Below are positions 1 to 7,696 of a stretch of 64,000 bases of DNA, piece by piece; within the stretch, counting starts at the first letter, position 1; each line of letters starts with the position of its first letter. The notes under the pieces are model-generated. The model saw only the letters and a list, made by a program, of their open reading frames with translations, did no database searches and was not told where the DNA came from. Origin of the DNA: an uncultured Planctomycetales bacterium (GTDB lineage: Bacteria > Planctomycetota > UBA1135); contig CAYFGE010000001.1 of the NCBI GenBank assembly GCA_964342475.1, positions 315,113-379,112 of the forward strand. Direction: 5' to 3'. A program made the position numbers and the translations under genes.

Positions 1-1424
1 CAGTCGAGCTCGGGCAGGCCGAGCTCGGCGCGGCTGCCCTCGACCAGCGCGCGGACACCGTCGGCGGCGGCGCGGCGGAAGGGGCCGAAGGACATGTCGT
101 TCTCGCCCAGGTGGTAGAAGACCCCGGCCAGCTCGACGGCGTGGCCGCGGGCCTCGAGGTCGGCCACCGCCTCGCGCACGAAGCGCAGGAAGCCGGGGTA
201 GACGTGGCGGAACTCCACCCCGCCGCCGGTCGGCGTCCAGTCGGGGATCTGCGAGCCGGAGTGCGTGTACTTGGCCACCGCGAAGGGCTCGCGCAGGCCG
301 CGGCCGAGGCGGCGGGCGAAGCTGAGCTCCGGGCCGAAGGTGTCGAAGCGGCCGCGCGGGCCGAGGGCCACCCAGCCGCCGGAGTCCTGCACCCCCCCGC
401 CGAGGGAGTAGCGGAAGGGCACCTTCGGCGCCTCCTTGGCCAGCGCGCGGCCGCCGCGCATCCCGCGCAGGTCGGCGACGAAGGCGCGCTCGCCCTCCAT
501 GTTGCGGTGGCCGGCGAGGACGAAGAGGCGCACCGGCTCGCCCTCCTCGAAGGGCCAGTCCTCGAGCGGGTCCGGCGGCGGCGCGGCGAGGCCGAGGTGG
601 GCGAGGTAGGCCTCGGCGTACTCCACCCCGTGCTCGAGCTGGCCGAGGGTGCCGTAGTGGTAGTGCAGGCCGACCCCGCCGCCGATCTCGACCCCGACGT
701 GCGAGGTGCGGACGTACTCCGCCAGCGGGTCGGCGTCGGCCACCGCCCGCTGGCCGCGGCTGATCGCCGCCATGCGCGGGCGCAGGTCCATGCCCCAGAT
801 CGTCTTGGTGCAGAGCTCGCCGATGTAGAAGCGCAGCTCCGGCGCGTCCAGGTCGCGGCGCACGCGGGCGATGAAGCGGGCCAGGTTGGCGCCGTAGGCG
901 GCCTGGTAGCCCTCGTCGAACATGTCGTTCTCGCCCTGGTGCCACATGAAGCCCTCGAGGCGGTAGTCGATCCCCTTGCGCTCGAGCTCGGCCAGCGAGG
1001 AGCGGACCAGCTCGAGCATCAGCGGGTACATCTCGAAGCCGCTGGGCTCGTCCGGGTTCCAGTCGCCGCCCAGATGGGTTCCCCCGGCGGCGCACTTGAT
1101 GATCGCGACCGGCGCGTCGGTGCGCGCGGTGAGCTCGCGGGCGAAGCTGAGCTCGGGCCCGACCACCCCGCCGACGGGCTGCAGCTCCACCCAGCCGTCG
1201 CTGCGCCGCTTGTCCTCCCGCCCGATGCAGTAGGAGAAGCGCACCTTGCGCTGCGCCTCGCCGAGCCCGGCGAAAGGCGGGAAGCGGTCGACGTCGGCGA
1301 CGCGCGAGTCGGAGCCGACCATGTTGGACTGCCCCGCGAAGATGAAGACCCGCGTGGGCTCGCGATCGACCGAAGCAGGGCCGAGGAGGCCGGAGGCCAG
1401 GAGGAGGGCGGCGAGGAAGTGCAC
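1..1424 (-). CDS. Secreted tandem SASA/DUF303-type (sialate-like) carbohydrate O-acetylesterase; N-terminus complete, C-terminus runs off the left edge
   Basis: Not in the ORF track because it is edge-truncated. My minus-strand translation from GTG at 1424 gives VHFLAALLLASGLLGPASVDREPTRVFIFAGQSNMVGSDS..., i.e. a signal peptide followed by the GQSNM esterase motif. A second homologous half reads ...EPVRLFVLAGHRNMEGERAF.... Codon position 3 is strongly G/C and the frame ends at nt 3. Confidence 0.75.
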   Translation of the reverse strand, partial: MHFLAALLLASGLLGPASVDREPTRVFIFAGQSNMVGSDSRVADVDRFPPFAGLGEAQRKVRFSYCIGREDKRRSDGWVELQPVGGVVGPELSFARELTARTDAPVAIIKCAAGGTHLGGDWNPDEPSGFEMYPLMLELVRSSLAELERKGIDYRLEGFMWHQGENDMFDEGYQAAYGANLARFIARVRRDLDAPELRFYIGELCTKTIWGMDLRPRMAAISRGQRAVADADPLAEYVRTSHVGVEIGGGVGLHYHYGTLGQLEHGVEYAEAYLAHLGLAAPPPDPLEDWPFEEGEPVRLFVLAGHRNMEGERAFVADLRGMRGGRALAKEAPKVPFRYSLGGGVQDSGGWVALGPRGRFDTFGPELSFARRLGRGLREPFAVAKYTHSGSQIPDWTPTGGGVEFRHVYPGFLRFVREAVADLEARGHAVELAGVFYHLGENDMSFGPFRRAAADGVRALVEGSRAELGLPELD

Positions 1425-1430
1425 CGCGAC

Positions 1431-1436
1431 AAGCTA
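1431..1436 (-). promoter_or_regulatory. -10-like box TAGCTT, 6 nt from the GTG of the esterase gene
   Basis: The plus strand reads aagcta. Spacer gtcgcg, then GTG at 1424. No SD between box and start. Confidence 0.35.
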
Positions 1437-1458
1437 GCGCACCGGCCGCAACGGGCAC

Positions 1459-1490
1459 GACCCTCGCCGGCCCGAGGCCGGACGAGGGTC
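1459..1490. terminator. GC-rich hairpin between the tRNA 3' end and the esterase start
   Basis: gaccctcgccggcc-cga-ggccgg(a)cgagggtc forms a 14-bp stem with one bulge. It starts 6 nt downstream of the minus-strand tRNA 3' end. There is no clear U-tract on the minus strand. Confidence 0.4.
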
Positions 1491-1495
1491 GTTTC

Positions 1496-1572
1496 TGGTA
1501 GCGGAGAAGGGACTCGAACCCCCGACACGCGGATTATGATTCCGCTGCTCTAACCAACTGAGCTACTCCGCC
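1496..1572 (-). tRNA. tRNA with CAU anticodon (Met elongator by default; a lysidine-type Ile2 cannot be excluded by eye)
   Basis: 77-nt cloverleaf on the minus strand: GGCGGAG-TA-GCTC-AGTTGGTTA-GAGC-A-GCGGA-AT CAT AA-TCCGC-GTGTC-GGGGG-TTCGAGT-CCCTT-CTCCGCT-ACCA. The anticodon stem (G29 G30 A31) lacks the three G-C pairs of an initiator. CCA is encoded. Confidence 0.85.
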
Positions 1573-1628
1573 GTTCGCCGCGCCGGAGCCCGGCGAAGGG
1601 GCGGAGATTCTACCGCCGGTCGCGGCTT

Positions 1629-1961
1629 CTATCCACCCCCACCGTCGAGCAGCAGGTCCACGCCGCGCTCGGCCCAGGCCAGCAGCAGGCAGCCCTCCGG
1701 CCCGGCGCTCGGGGCGTGCGCCGTCCCCTCGGCGTAGCGCAGGAAGCTGCCCGCCGGGTAGCTGCCCTCGGCGTCGCGGTAGCCGCCGCGGATCACGAAG
1801 ACCTCCTCGACGCCGCGGTGGCGGTGCGGCGGGTAGGCCGCGCCGGGCCCCATCTCGATCAGCACCCGGACGCTGCCGTCCTCGCGGTGCTCGAGGAAGG
1901 CCAGCCGCAGGCCCGCGATCGAGGTCGTCTTCCAGACCAGGTTCGGATAGGGAGGCTCCAC
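1629..1961 (-). CDS. Cupin-domain protein
   Basis: 110-aa ORF with a two-motif cupin signature: ...YPPHRHRGVEEVFVIRGGYRD...GSFLRYAEGTAHAP.... GTG start. Confidence 0.7.
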   Translation of the reverse strand: MEPPYPNLVWKTTSIAGLRLAFLEHREDGSVRVLIEMGPGAAYPPHRHRGVEEVFVIRGGYRDAEGSYPAGSFLRYAEGTAHAPSAGPEGCLLLAWAERGVDLLLDGGGG

Positions 1962-1967
1962 GGCCCC

Positions 1968-1973
1968 AGCCTA
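1968..1973 (-). promoter_or_regulatory. -10-like box TAGGCT, 6 nt from the GTG of the cupin gene
   Basis: The plus strand reads agccta. A 6-nt spacer precedes the start at 1961. Confidence 0.35.
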
Positions 1974-2006
1974 GTCCCCGAGTCGCGGCCGGTCTCGCCT
2001 CCGTCC

Positions 2007-2012
2007 TAGAAT
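2007..2012 (+). promoter_or_regulatory. -10-like box TAGAAT, 6 nt from the ATG of the TlpA-like gene
   Basis: tcc-TAGAAT-cccccc-ATG (2019). Confidence 0.5.
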
Positions 2013-2018
2013 CCCCCC

Positions 2019-3101
2019 ATGCAGCTGCGTCGCCCCGCCCCGCTCCTCGCCCTGCTCCTGGCCGCCGCCCCCGCCGCGGCCCAGGTCGTCGACGAGCCCG
2101 CGCCGCCCCCTCGCCCCGCCCCCCCTGCCGGCGGCGAGGTCCAGGTCGACGAGGCCCGCGAGCAGGCCGCCCTGGAGGAGATCAACGCCTACGCCGAGGC
2201 CAACCAGATCCCGCCGCCGAAGGAGCAGGCGGAGGCCGAGCGGCACTTCACCGCCTTCCGCGACGGACTCCTGGCCCTGGAGAAGAAGCACCACGGCACC
2301 TGGGCCGCGTGGCAGGCGCTGATGACCGTCGGCCAGATCGAGTCGCGCATCTTCCGCGACCGCCAGGCCAGCGTGAGCTCCTACCGCCGCGTCTGGCAGG
2401 GCGTCCGGCTGCGCACGGACACCCCGCCGCAGGGCATCTTCCTCAACGTGCCGCGGGTGGCGATGCGCTTCGCCGAGGAGCTCATGCGGATCGACCAGCT
2501 CGACGAGGCCGAGGTCGTGCTGCGCGAGGTGGCCGGCACCGAGCTGCCCGAGGGCGAGCGCATCCGCGAGCGCCTGCGCGAGATCCCCGAGCGGCGCCGC
2601 ATGCTGCCCGGCCAGCCGGCCCCGCTGGTCGAGATGGTGGACACCGCCGGCCGGCCGCAGAACCTCGCCGACCACCGCGGCGACGTCGTCCTGGTGCACT
2701 TCTGGTCGGCCATCCACGGCGGCAGCCTGTCCACCATCCCCCAGGTCAAGGAGCTGCTCGAGCAGCACGCCGCCGCGGGGCTGAAGGTGGTCTCGGTGAA
2801 CACCGACCTCTACGTCACGCGCGAGATCCACGAGCAGATGAAGGCCGCCGGGCAGCGCTTCCTGCCGCGCCTGTTCGACCGCGAGGACCTCGACGAGGCG
2901 GTCGCGCGCCACGGCATGGACTGGCCGGTGGTGTGGGACGGCAAGGGCCTGAACGGCCCGGTGCCCGACGCCTTCACCGTGCGCCAGCTGCCCTCGATCT
3001 ACGTGGTCGGGCGCGACGGCCGCATCGTGATCCGCAACCGCTACAACGAGGACCTGACCGAGGCGGTCGTGCGGGCGCTCGAGGCGCCCCGAGCGGACTA
3101 G
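2019..3101 (+). CDS. Secreted TlpA/thioredoxin-fold protein with a helical N-terminal domain; the CXXC motif is absent
   Basis: Signal peptide MQLRRPAPLLALLLAAAPAAAQ. The C-terminal redoxin-like block reads GDVVLVHFWSAIHGGSLSTIPQVKELLEQHAAAGLKVVSVNTD, where canonical TlpA proteins have FWATWCGPC. Confidence 0.75.
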   Translation: MQLRRPAPLLALLLAAAPAAAQVVDEPAPPPRPAPPAGGEVQVDEAREQAALEEINAYAEANQIPPPKEQAEAERHFTAFRDGLLALEKKHHGTWAAWQALMTVGQIESRIFRDRQASVSSYRRVWQGVRLRTDTPPQGIFLNVPRVAMRFAEELMRIDQLDEAEVVLREVAGTELPEGERIRERLREIPERRRMLPGQPAPLVEMVDTAGRPQNLADHRGDVVLVHFWSAIHGGSLSTIPQVKELLEQHAAAGLKVVSVNTDLYVTREIHEQMKAAGQRFLPRLFDREDLDEAVARHGMDWPVVWDGKGLNGPVPDAFTVRQLPSIYVVGRDGRIVIRNRYNEDLTEAVVRALEAPRAD

Positions 3102-4549
3102 GCCCGCGCCGCGCCGCGCAGCCGCGCGAGGCTGCGCTCGCGGCCGAGCAGGCCGAGGATGTCGCCCACCGGCGGCCCGCCGAGGGTGCCGCTGAGGGCG
3201 GCGCGCAGCGGCTTCATCACCTTGCCCATGCCGAGGCCGAGCTCGGCGGCCAGCTGCTTGGCGAAGGCGTCGAAGTCGGCCGGCGGGAAGTCCCCCGCGC
3301 CGAGCGCCTCGGCCGCGGCGGCCAGCACGCGCGGGGCGTCGGCGTCGGCCAGGGCCGGGGCCGCCTTGGCGTCGGGCTCGGCCCGCTCGCCGCGCAGGAA
3401 GGCGGCCTGCTCCCCCACCTCGGAGTAGAGGCGCAGGCGCTCGCGGAAGGCCGCGGCCAGCCGCTCGACCCAGGCCGGGTCGGTGCCGTCGTCGGCCAGC
3501 CCGGCCTCCTCCAGCCAGGGCAGCAGGCGGCGGGCCAGCTCGCCGGGCCCGGTGCCGCGCAGGTACTCGCCGCAGAGCCAGTGCAGCTTGTCCACGTCGA
3601 AGACCGCGCCGGCCTTGTTGATGCGGCCGAGCTCGAAGGCGGCGACGAGCTGCTCGGGGCGGAAGACGTCGGTCTTGTCGTCGATGGCGAAGCCGAGCAG
3701 GCCGAGGAAGTTGAACATCGCCTCGGGCGGGTAGCCCTTGGCCTCGTAGTCCCCCAGCGCGGTGTCGCCGGTGCGCTTGCTCAGCTTCTTGCCGTCGGCG
3801 CCGAGGATCAGCGGCACGTGGGCGAACTCGGGTTCGGGCAGGCCGAGGGCGCGGCACAGCAGCACCTGCTTGGGCGTGTTGGCGAGGTGCTCCTCGCCGC
3901 GGATCACGTGGCTGATCTCCATCGCCGCGTCGTCGAGGGCGCAGACGAAGTTGTAGGTCGGCATGCCGCCCGAGCGGACCGCCACCCAGTCCTCCACCTC
4001 GCCGCTGCGGAACACCACATCGCCGCGGATGTGGTCGCGCACGACGACCTCCTCGTCGTCCGGCACGGCGAAGCGCAGGACGCAGCTCTCGCCGGCCTCG
4101 GCGCGCCGCGCGGCCTCGGCCCGGTCGAGCCCGCGGCAGGTGCGGTCGTAGCCGATCGCGGCCTGCTTCTCGGCGCGCTGGCGCTCCTTCAGCTCGGCGA
4201 CGCGCTCGGGGCTGCAGAAGCAACGGTAGAGCCAGCCCTCCTCCAGGCCCCGCGCGGCGGCGGCGGCGTAGCGGTCGAGCCGCTGCGACTGGAAGTAGGG
4301 CCCGTGCGCGCCGTCCGCCTCGGGGCCCTCGTCCCAGTCGAGCCCCAGCCAGCGCAGGCTGTCGAGGATCGAGCGCAGCGACTCCTCGCTGTTGCGCTCC
4401 TCGTCAGTGTCCTCGACGCGCAGCACGAAGGCGCCGCCGTGGCGGCGGGCGTAGGCCCAGTTGAACAGGGCCGTGCGCGCCCCGCCGACGTGCAGGCGGC
4501 CGGTCGGGGAGGGCGCGAAGCGGACGCGGATCGGGCGGTCGCTGGACAT
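3098..4549 (-). CDS. gltX: Glutamate--tRNA ligase
   Basis: 483 aa. The N-terminus is RVRFAPSPTGRLHVGGARTALFNWAYARRHGG (HIGH-type motif), and KLSKR (KMSKS-type) is present. Confidence 0.95.
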   Translation of the reverse strand: MSSDRPIRVRFAPSPTGRLHVGGARTALFNWAYARRHGGAFVLRVEDTDEERNSEESLRSILDSLRWLGLDWDEGPEADGAHGPYFQSQRLDRYAAAAARGLEEGWLYRCFCSPERVAELKERQRAEKQAAIGYDRTCRGLDRAEAARRAEAGESCVLRFAVPDDEEVVVRDHIRGDVVFRSGEVEDWVAVRSGGMPTYNFVCALDDAAMEISHVIRGEEHLANTPKQVLLCRALGLPEPEFAHVPLILGADGKKLSKRTGDTALGDYEAKGYPPEAMFNFLGLLGFAIDDKTDVFRPEQLVAAFELGRINKAGAVFDVDKLHWLCGEYLRGTGPGELARRLLPWLEEAGLADDGTDPAWVERLAAAFRERLRLYSEVGEQAAFLRGERAEPDAKAAPALADADAPRVLAAAAEALGAGDFPPADFDAFAKQLAAELGLGMGKVMKPLRAALSGTLGGPPVGDILGLLGRERSLARLRGAARA

Positions 4550-4558
4550 GGACCGGGC

Positions 4559-4564
4559 ATTCTA
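4559..4564 (-). promoter_or_regulatory. -10-like box TAGAAT, 9 nt from the gltX ATG
   Basis: The plus strand reads attcta at 4559-4564. The start codon ends at 4549. Confidence 0.5.
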
Positions 4565-4581
4565 GCCGCGGCCGCGCCGGC

Positions 4582-6246
4582 TCAGCGCTCGGTCAGGACC
4601 GGGGTGAGGTCCTCGTCGAACTCGAGCTCGTAACCCCAGTAGACGTTCTGCCCCTGCCCCGGCGCCAGGCGCAGGCGCCAGCGGTAGACGCCGCGCTCGC
4701 GCTGGTCGCGCAGGTCGGCCTCGTCGCGCAGCGGGTTGGGCCGCAGCTCGACCGGCTTGATCTCGAGGCCGCCGCCGCGCACGACGGGGAGGGCCTCCTC
4801 CACCAGCACGTCGACCGCCCCCAGCGCGGCGGCGCTCAGCTTGAGCTTGGCGCGCCACACGCGGGTGATCGTGGCCGTCGAGCTGAGCAGGCCGGGGTCG
4901 TCGCGCTCGTCGCGCACCACCTCGAGCTCGACCGCCAGGTTCGGGTCGACGCCGAGGTTGAGCGTGGTCGAGTCGCCCGGGCGCAGCACCGGGAAGCGGG
5001 TGTCGCCGAGGTAGTCCGGGCCGAGGAAGATCTTGGCCTGCCCCGGCAGCAGCGGGGTGTCGCCGGTCAGGCGCACCTCGGCGCGCAGGAAGGCGCGGTC
5101 GCTGCGCGAGGGCACCAGGTAGCGCTCGGGGCGCACCTCGAGCGGCACCTCGCGGATGCGGTAGCGGTAGGGTTCGCCGTCGCCGCGGATCGTCTTGCGG
5201 TCGGGCAGCTGGAACAGCGCGCTCAGACCGAGGTCCTGGATCTGCGCCTCGGGGGCCGCGCGGAAGCCCTTGGCCGCCTCGTTGGGCAGGGCCAGGCCCT
5301 CGACCTCGGCGAAGGCCGCGCCGCCGCGGTCGAGCGCGCGCGCGTCCACCGAGGACGGCGTGGCGCGCTGGATCTCGAAGACGCGCAGCGGGACCGGCGG
5401 CGGGTCGAGGCCGACGCTCGGCGTGGAGGTGCTGAGCAGCACCTCGGCGTCGGTCCAGTCCTCGCCGGTGCGCTGGTCGAGCTCGGCGACCAGGCCGACG
5501 GTGACGCCGGTCAGGTCGGGGGCCACGCGCACGTCGTAGGTCGGCCGCCAGCGCGCGCCGCCGATCAGGTAGCTGGCGCGCAGCTCGACGCGCCCGGCGC
5601 GCTCGGCCCACACCTGGATGCGGCCGAGGTGGTAGCGGCGCAGGGGCGCGCCGTTCTCGCCGCCGAGCTCCTCGCGGACCCCGGCGATGCGCTGCTCGAG
5701 TTCGGCCACGGCGGCCTCGAGGGCGGCCAGCTCGCGGTCCAGCTCGGCGCTGCGCTCGCGCACGAAGCCGAACAGGGCGTCGAGGGCGGTGCCGTCGACG
5801 GCCGACTCGAGGATGCGGGCGCCGCCGTCGGGCGTGGCCAGCGAGGCGATCACCGAGGCCACCATCTGCTGGCCGGCCTCGATCGAGGCGCGCTCGGCGT
5901 CGAGGTCGCGGCGCTCGGCCAGCATCTCGGCCAGGCGGGCGCGCAGCTGGTCGCGCTGGCCGCGGTCGAGGGCGTCGCCCGTCACGATGCGCGTCTCCAC
6001 GCCCTGGATCACGGCCTGGCCGGCCTCGACCTTGGTCTGGAAGGAGCTGGTGTCCAGTCCGAGCGGCAGCGGGCCGATCTCGACCGTCATCGGGCCGGGC
6101 TCGTCCGCCTCCACGGCGAAGGTGCGCTCGACCAGGGCCTGGGCGGCATAGACCGTGACCCGGTCGAGGCGGGTCGAGGCCGGGACCACCGGCTGCTCCT
6201 GAGGAGCGGCGGCGGCGGCGAGGACGGCGACAGCGGTGAAAAGCAT
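4582..6246 (-). CDS. Secreted DUF4139/MuiA-like (mucoidy-inhibitor family) protein
   Basis: 554 aa with a signal peptide and a central coiled-coil (LAALEAAVAELEQRIAGV). The C-terminal block ...GQAKIFLGPDYLGDTRFPVLRPGDSTTLNLGVD... is typical of DUF4139, assigned from memory. Confidence 0.7.
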   Translation of the reverse strand: MLFTAVAVLAAAAAPQEQPVVPASTRLDRVTVYAAQALVERTFAVEADEPGPMTVEIGPLPLGLDTSSFQTKVEAGQAVIQGVETRIVTGDALDRGQRDQLRARLAEMLAERRDLDAERASIEAGQQMVASVIASLATPDGGARILESAVDGTALDALFGFVRERSAELDRELAALEAAVAELEQRIAGVREELGGENGAPLRRYHLGRIQVWAERAGRVELRASYLIGGARWRPTYDVRVAPDLTGVTVGLVAELDQRTGEDWTDAEVLLSTSTPSVGLDPPPVPLRVFEIQRATPSSVDARALDRGGAAFAEVEGLALPNEAAKGFRAAPEAQIQDLGLSALFQLPDRKTIRGDGEPYRYRIREVPLEVRPERYLVPSRSDRAFLRAEVRLTGDTPLLPGQAKIFLGPDYLGDTRFPVLRPGDSTTLNLGVDPNLAVELEVVRDERDDPGLLSSTATITRVWRAKLKLSAAALGAVDVLVEEALPVVRGGGLEIKPVELRPNPLRDEADLRDQRERGVYRWRLRLAPGQGQNVYWGYELEFDEDLTPVLTER

Positions 6247-6288
6247 GGAGGTGCTCCGGAGGTGGTCCCGCGGGACCGCGGAGGGGCT

Positions 6289-6294
6289 ATTCTA
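6289..6294 (-). promoter_or_regulatory. -10-like box TAGAAT, 42 nt upstream of the DUF4139 gene (leadered, with a GGAG SD)
   Basis: The plus strand reads attcta. The leader contains the 14-nt palindrome ggtcccgcgggacc and a GGAG 7 nt before the ATG (6246). Confidence 0.4.
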
Positions 6295-6345
6295 GGCCCC
6301 TTGCGGCCCCCCGCCTCCCCCGCGGGAGAGGGCCGGTCCCGCGCG

Positions 6346-7692
6346 ATGGAACCCGTCCCCGTGGTCGGCGCCGGCCTGGCCGGCTCGGAGGCCGCCTGGC
6401 AGCTGGCCGAGGCCGGCATCCCCGTGCGCCTGCACGAGATGCGGCCGGTGGTCCCGACGCCGGCCCACGAGACCGACCGCTGCGCCGAGCTGGTGTGCAG
6501 CAACTCGCTGGGCAGCCGCCTGCCCGACCGCGCCGGCGGCGTGCTCCAGGCCGAGCTGCGCGCGATGGGCTGCCGCCTGCTCGAGCTGGCCGAGGCCACC
6601 TCCGTCCCGGCCGGCCAGGCGCTGGCGGTGGACCGCCTGGCCTTCGCCGCCGCGGTGACCGAGGCGGTCGAGGCCCACCCGCGCATCGAGCTCGTGCGCG
6701 GCGAGGTGCCGGCGGTGCCGGAGGGCCCGGCGGTGATCGCCAGCGGGCCGCTGACCAGCGAGGCCCTCGCCGCCGACCTCGCCCGCCTGGCCGGGTCCGA
6801 ACACCTCGCCTTCTTCGACGCCATCGCCCCGGTGGTGACCGCCGACAGCCTCGACCGGGAGGTGGTCTTCGCCGCCTCGCGCTGGGGCCGCGGCGAGGGC
6901 GACGACTACCTCAACGTGCCGCTCGAGAAGGAGCACTACGAGGCCCTGGTGGACGGCCTGCTCGGCGCCGAGCGCCACGAGCTGAAGGACTTCGAGGCCG
7001 CCGACCCGCGCGCCGCGCGCTTCTTCGAGCGCTGCCTGCCGGTCGAGGTGCTGGCCGCGCGCGGCCGCGACGCCCTGCGCTACGGCCCGCTGCGCCCGGT
7101 CGGCCTCGACGACCCGCGCACCGGCCGCTGGCCCTACGCCGTGATCCAGCTGCGTGCCGAGAACCGCGGGGCGACGCTGTTCAACCTGGTCGGCTTCCAG
7201 ACCAACCTGCGCTACCCCGAGCAGGAGCGCCTGCTGCGCGCGCTGCCCGGCATGGCCGGGGCCGAGTTCGTGCGCCTCGGCAGCATGCACCGCAACACCT
7301 TCCTGTGCTCCCCGCGCGTGCTCGACGCCACCCTCGAGTGGCGCGAGCGGCCCGGCCTCTACGTCGCCGGCCAGCTGACCGGCATGGAGGGCTACCTCGG
7401 CAACATCGGCTCCGGCCTGCTGGCCGGGCGCAACCTGGTCCGCCGCCTGCGCGGCCAGGAGCCCGAGGTCCTGCCGCGCAAGACCCTGCTCGGGTCCCTG
7501 GCCCTCCACGTGGCCGAGGCCCCGGCCGAGTCCTTCCAGCCGATGAAGGCCGAGTTCGGCCTGCTACCCTCTCTGCCCGGCCGCGTGCGCCGGGACCAGC
7601 GCAAGCGCGCCCACGCCGAGCGCTCCGCCCAAGCCCTGCAGGATCACCTGCGCCGACACCCCATGCCCGCCCCCGACCCGGCGGCCGCCTGA
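6346..7692 (+). CDS. trmFO: Methylenetetrahydrofolate--tRNA-(uracil-5-)-methyltransferase
   Basis: The internal ATG of track ORF 5629..7692 gives MEPVPVVGAGLAGSEAAWQLAEAGIPVRLHEMRP...CAELVCSNSLGS, a FAD Rossmann fold with the TrmFO/Gid signature. The upstream extension is a low-complexity shadow frame. Confidence 0.9.
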   Translation: MEPVPVVGAGLAGSEAAWQLAEAGIPVRLHEMRPVVPTPAHETDRCAELVCSNSLGSRLPDRAGGVLQAELRAMGCRLLELAEATSVPAGQALAVDRLAFAAAVTEAVEAHPRIELVRGEVPAVPEGPAVIASGPLTSEALAADLARLAGSEHLAFFDAIAPVVTADSLDREVVFAASRWGRGEGDDYLNVPLEKEHYEALVDGLLGAERHELKDFEAADPRAARFFERCLPVEVLAARGRDALRYGPLRPVGLDDPRTGRWPYAVIQLRAENRGATLFNLVGFQTNLRYPEQERLLRALPGMAGAEFVRLGSMHRNTFLCSPRVLDATLEWRERPGLYVAGQLTGMEGYLGNIGSGLLAGRNLVRRLRGQEPEVLPRKTLLGSLALHVAEAPAESFQPMKAEFGLLPSLPGRVRRDQRKRAHAERSAQALQDHLRRHPMPAPDPAAA

Positions 7693-7696
7693 GACC

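Noticed and set aside
111-1553. 480-aa plus-strand ORF (and the 169-aa ORF at 1019..1528 on the minus strand) covering the left end
   Set aside because: The translation is low-complexity and Ala/Gly/Arg/Glu-rich, and the ORF runs through the tRNA. The opposite-strand frame encodes a recognisable SASA esterase with a signal peptide and a strong third-position G/C bias.
5629-6345. 239-codon upstream extension of trmFO in the ORF track
   Set aside because: The extension is antisense to the DUF4139 gene and has no TrmFO homology. The Rossmann motif begins right after ATG 6346.
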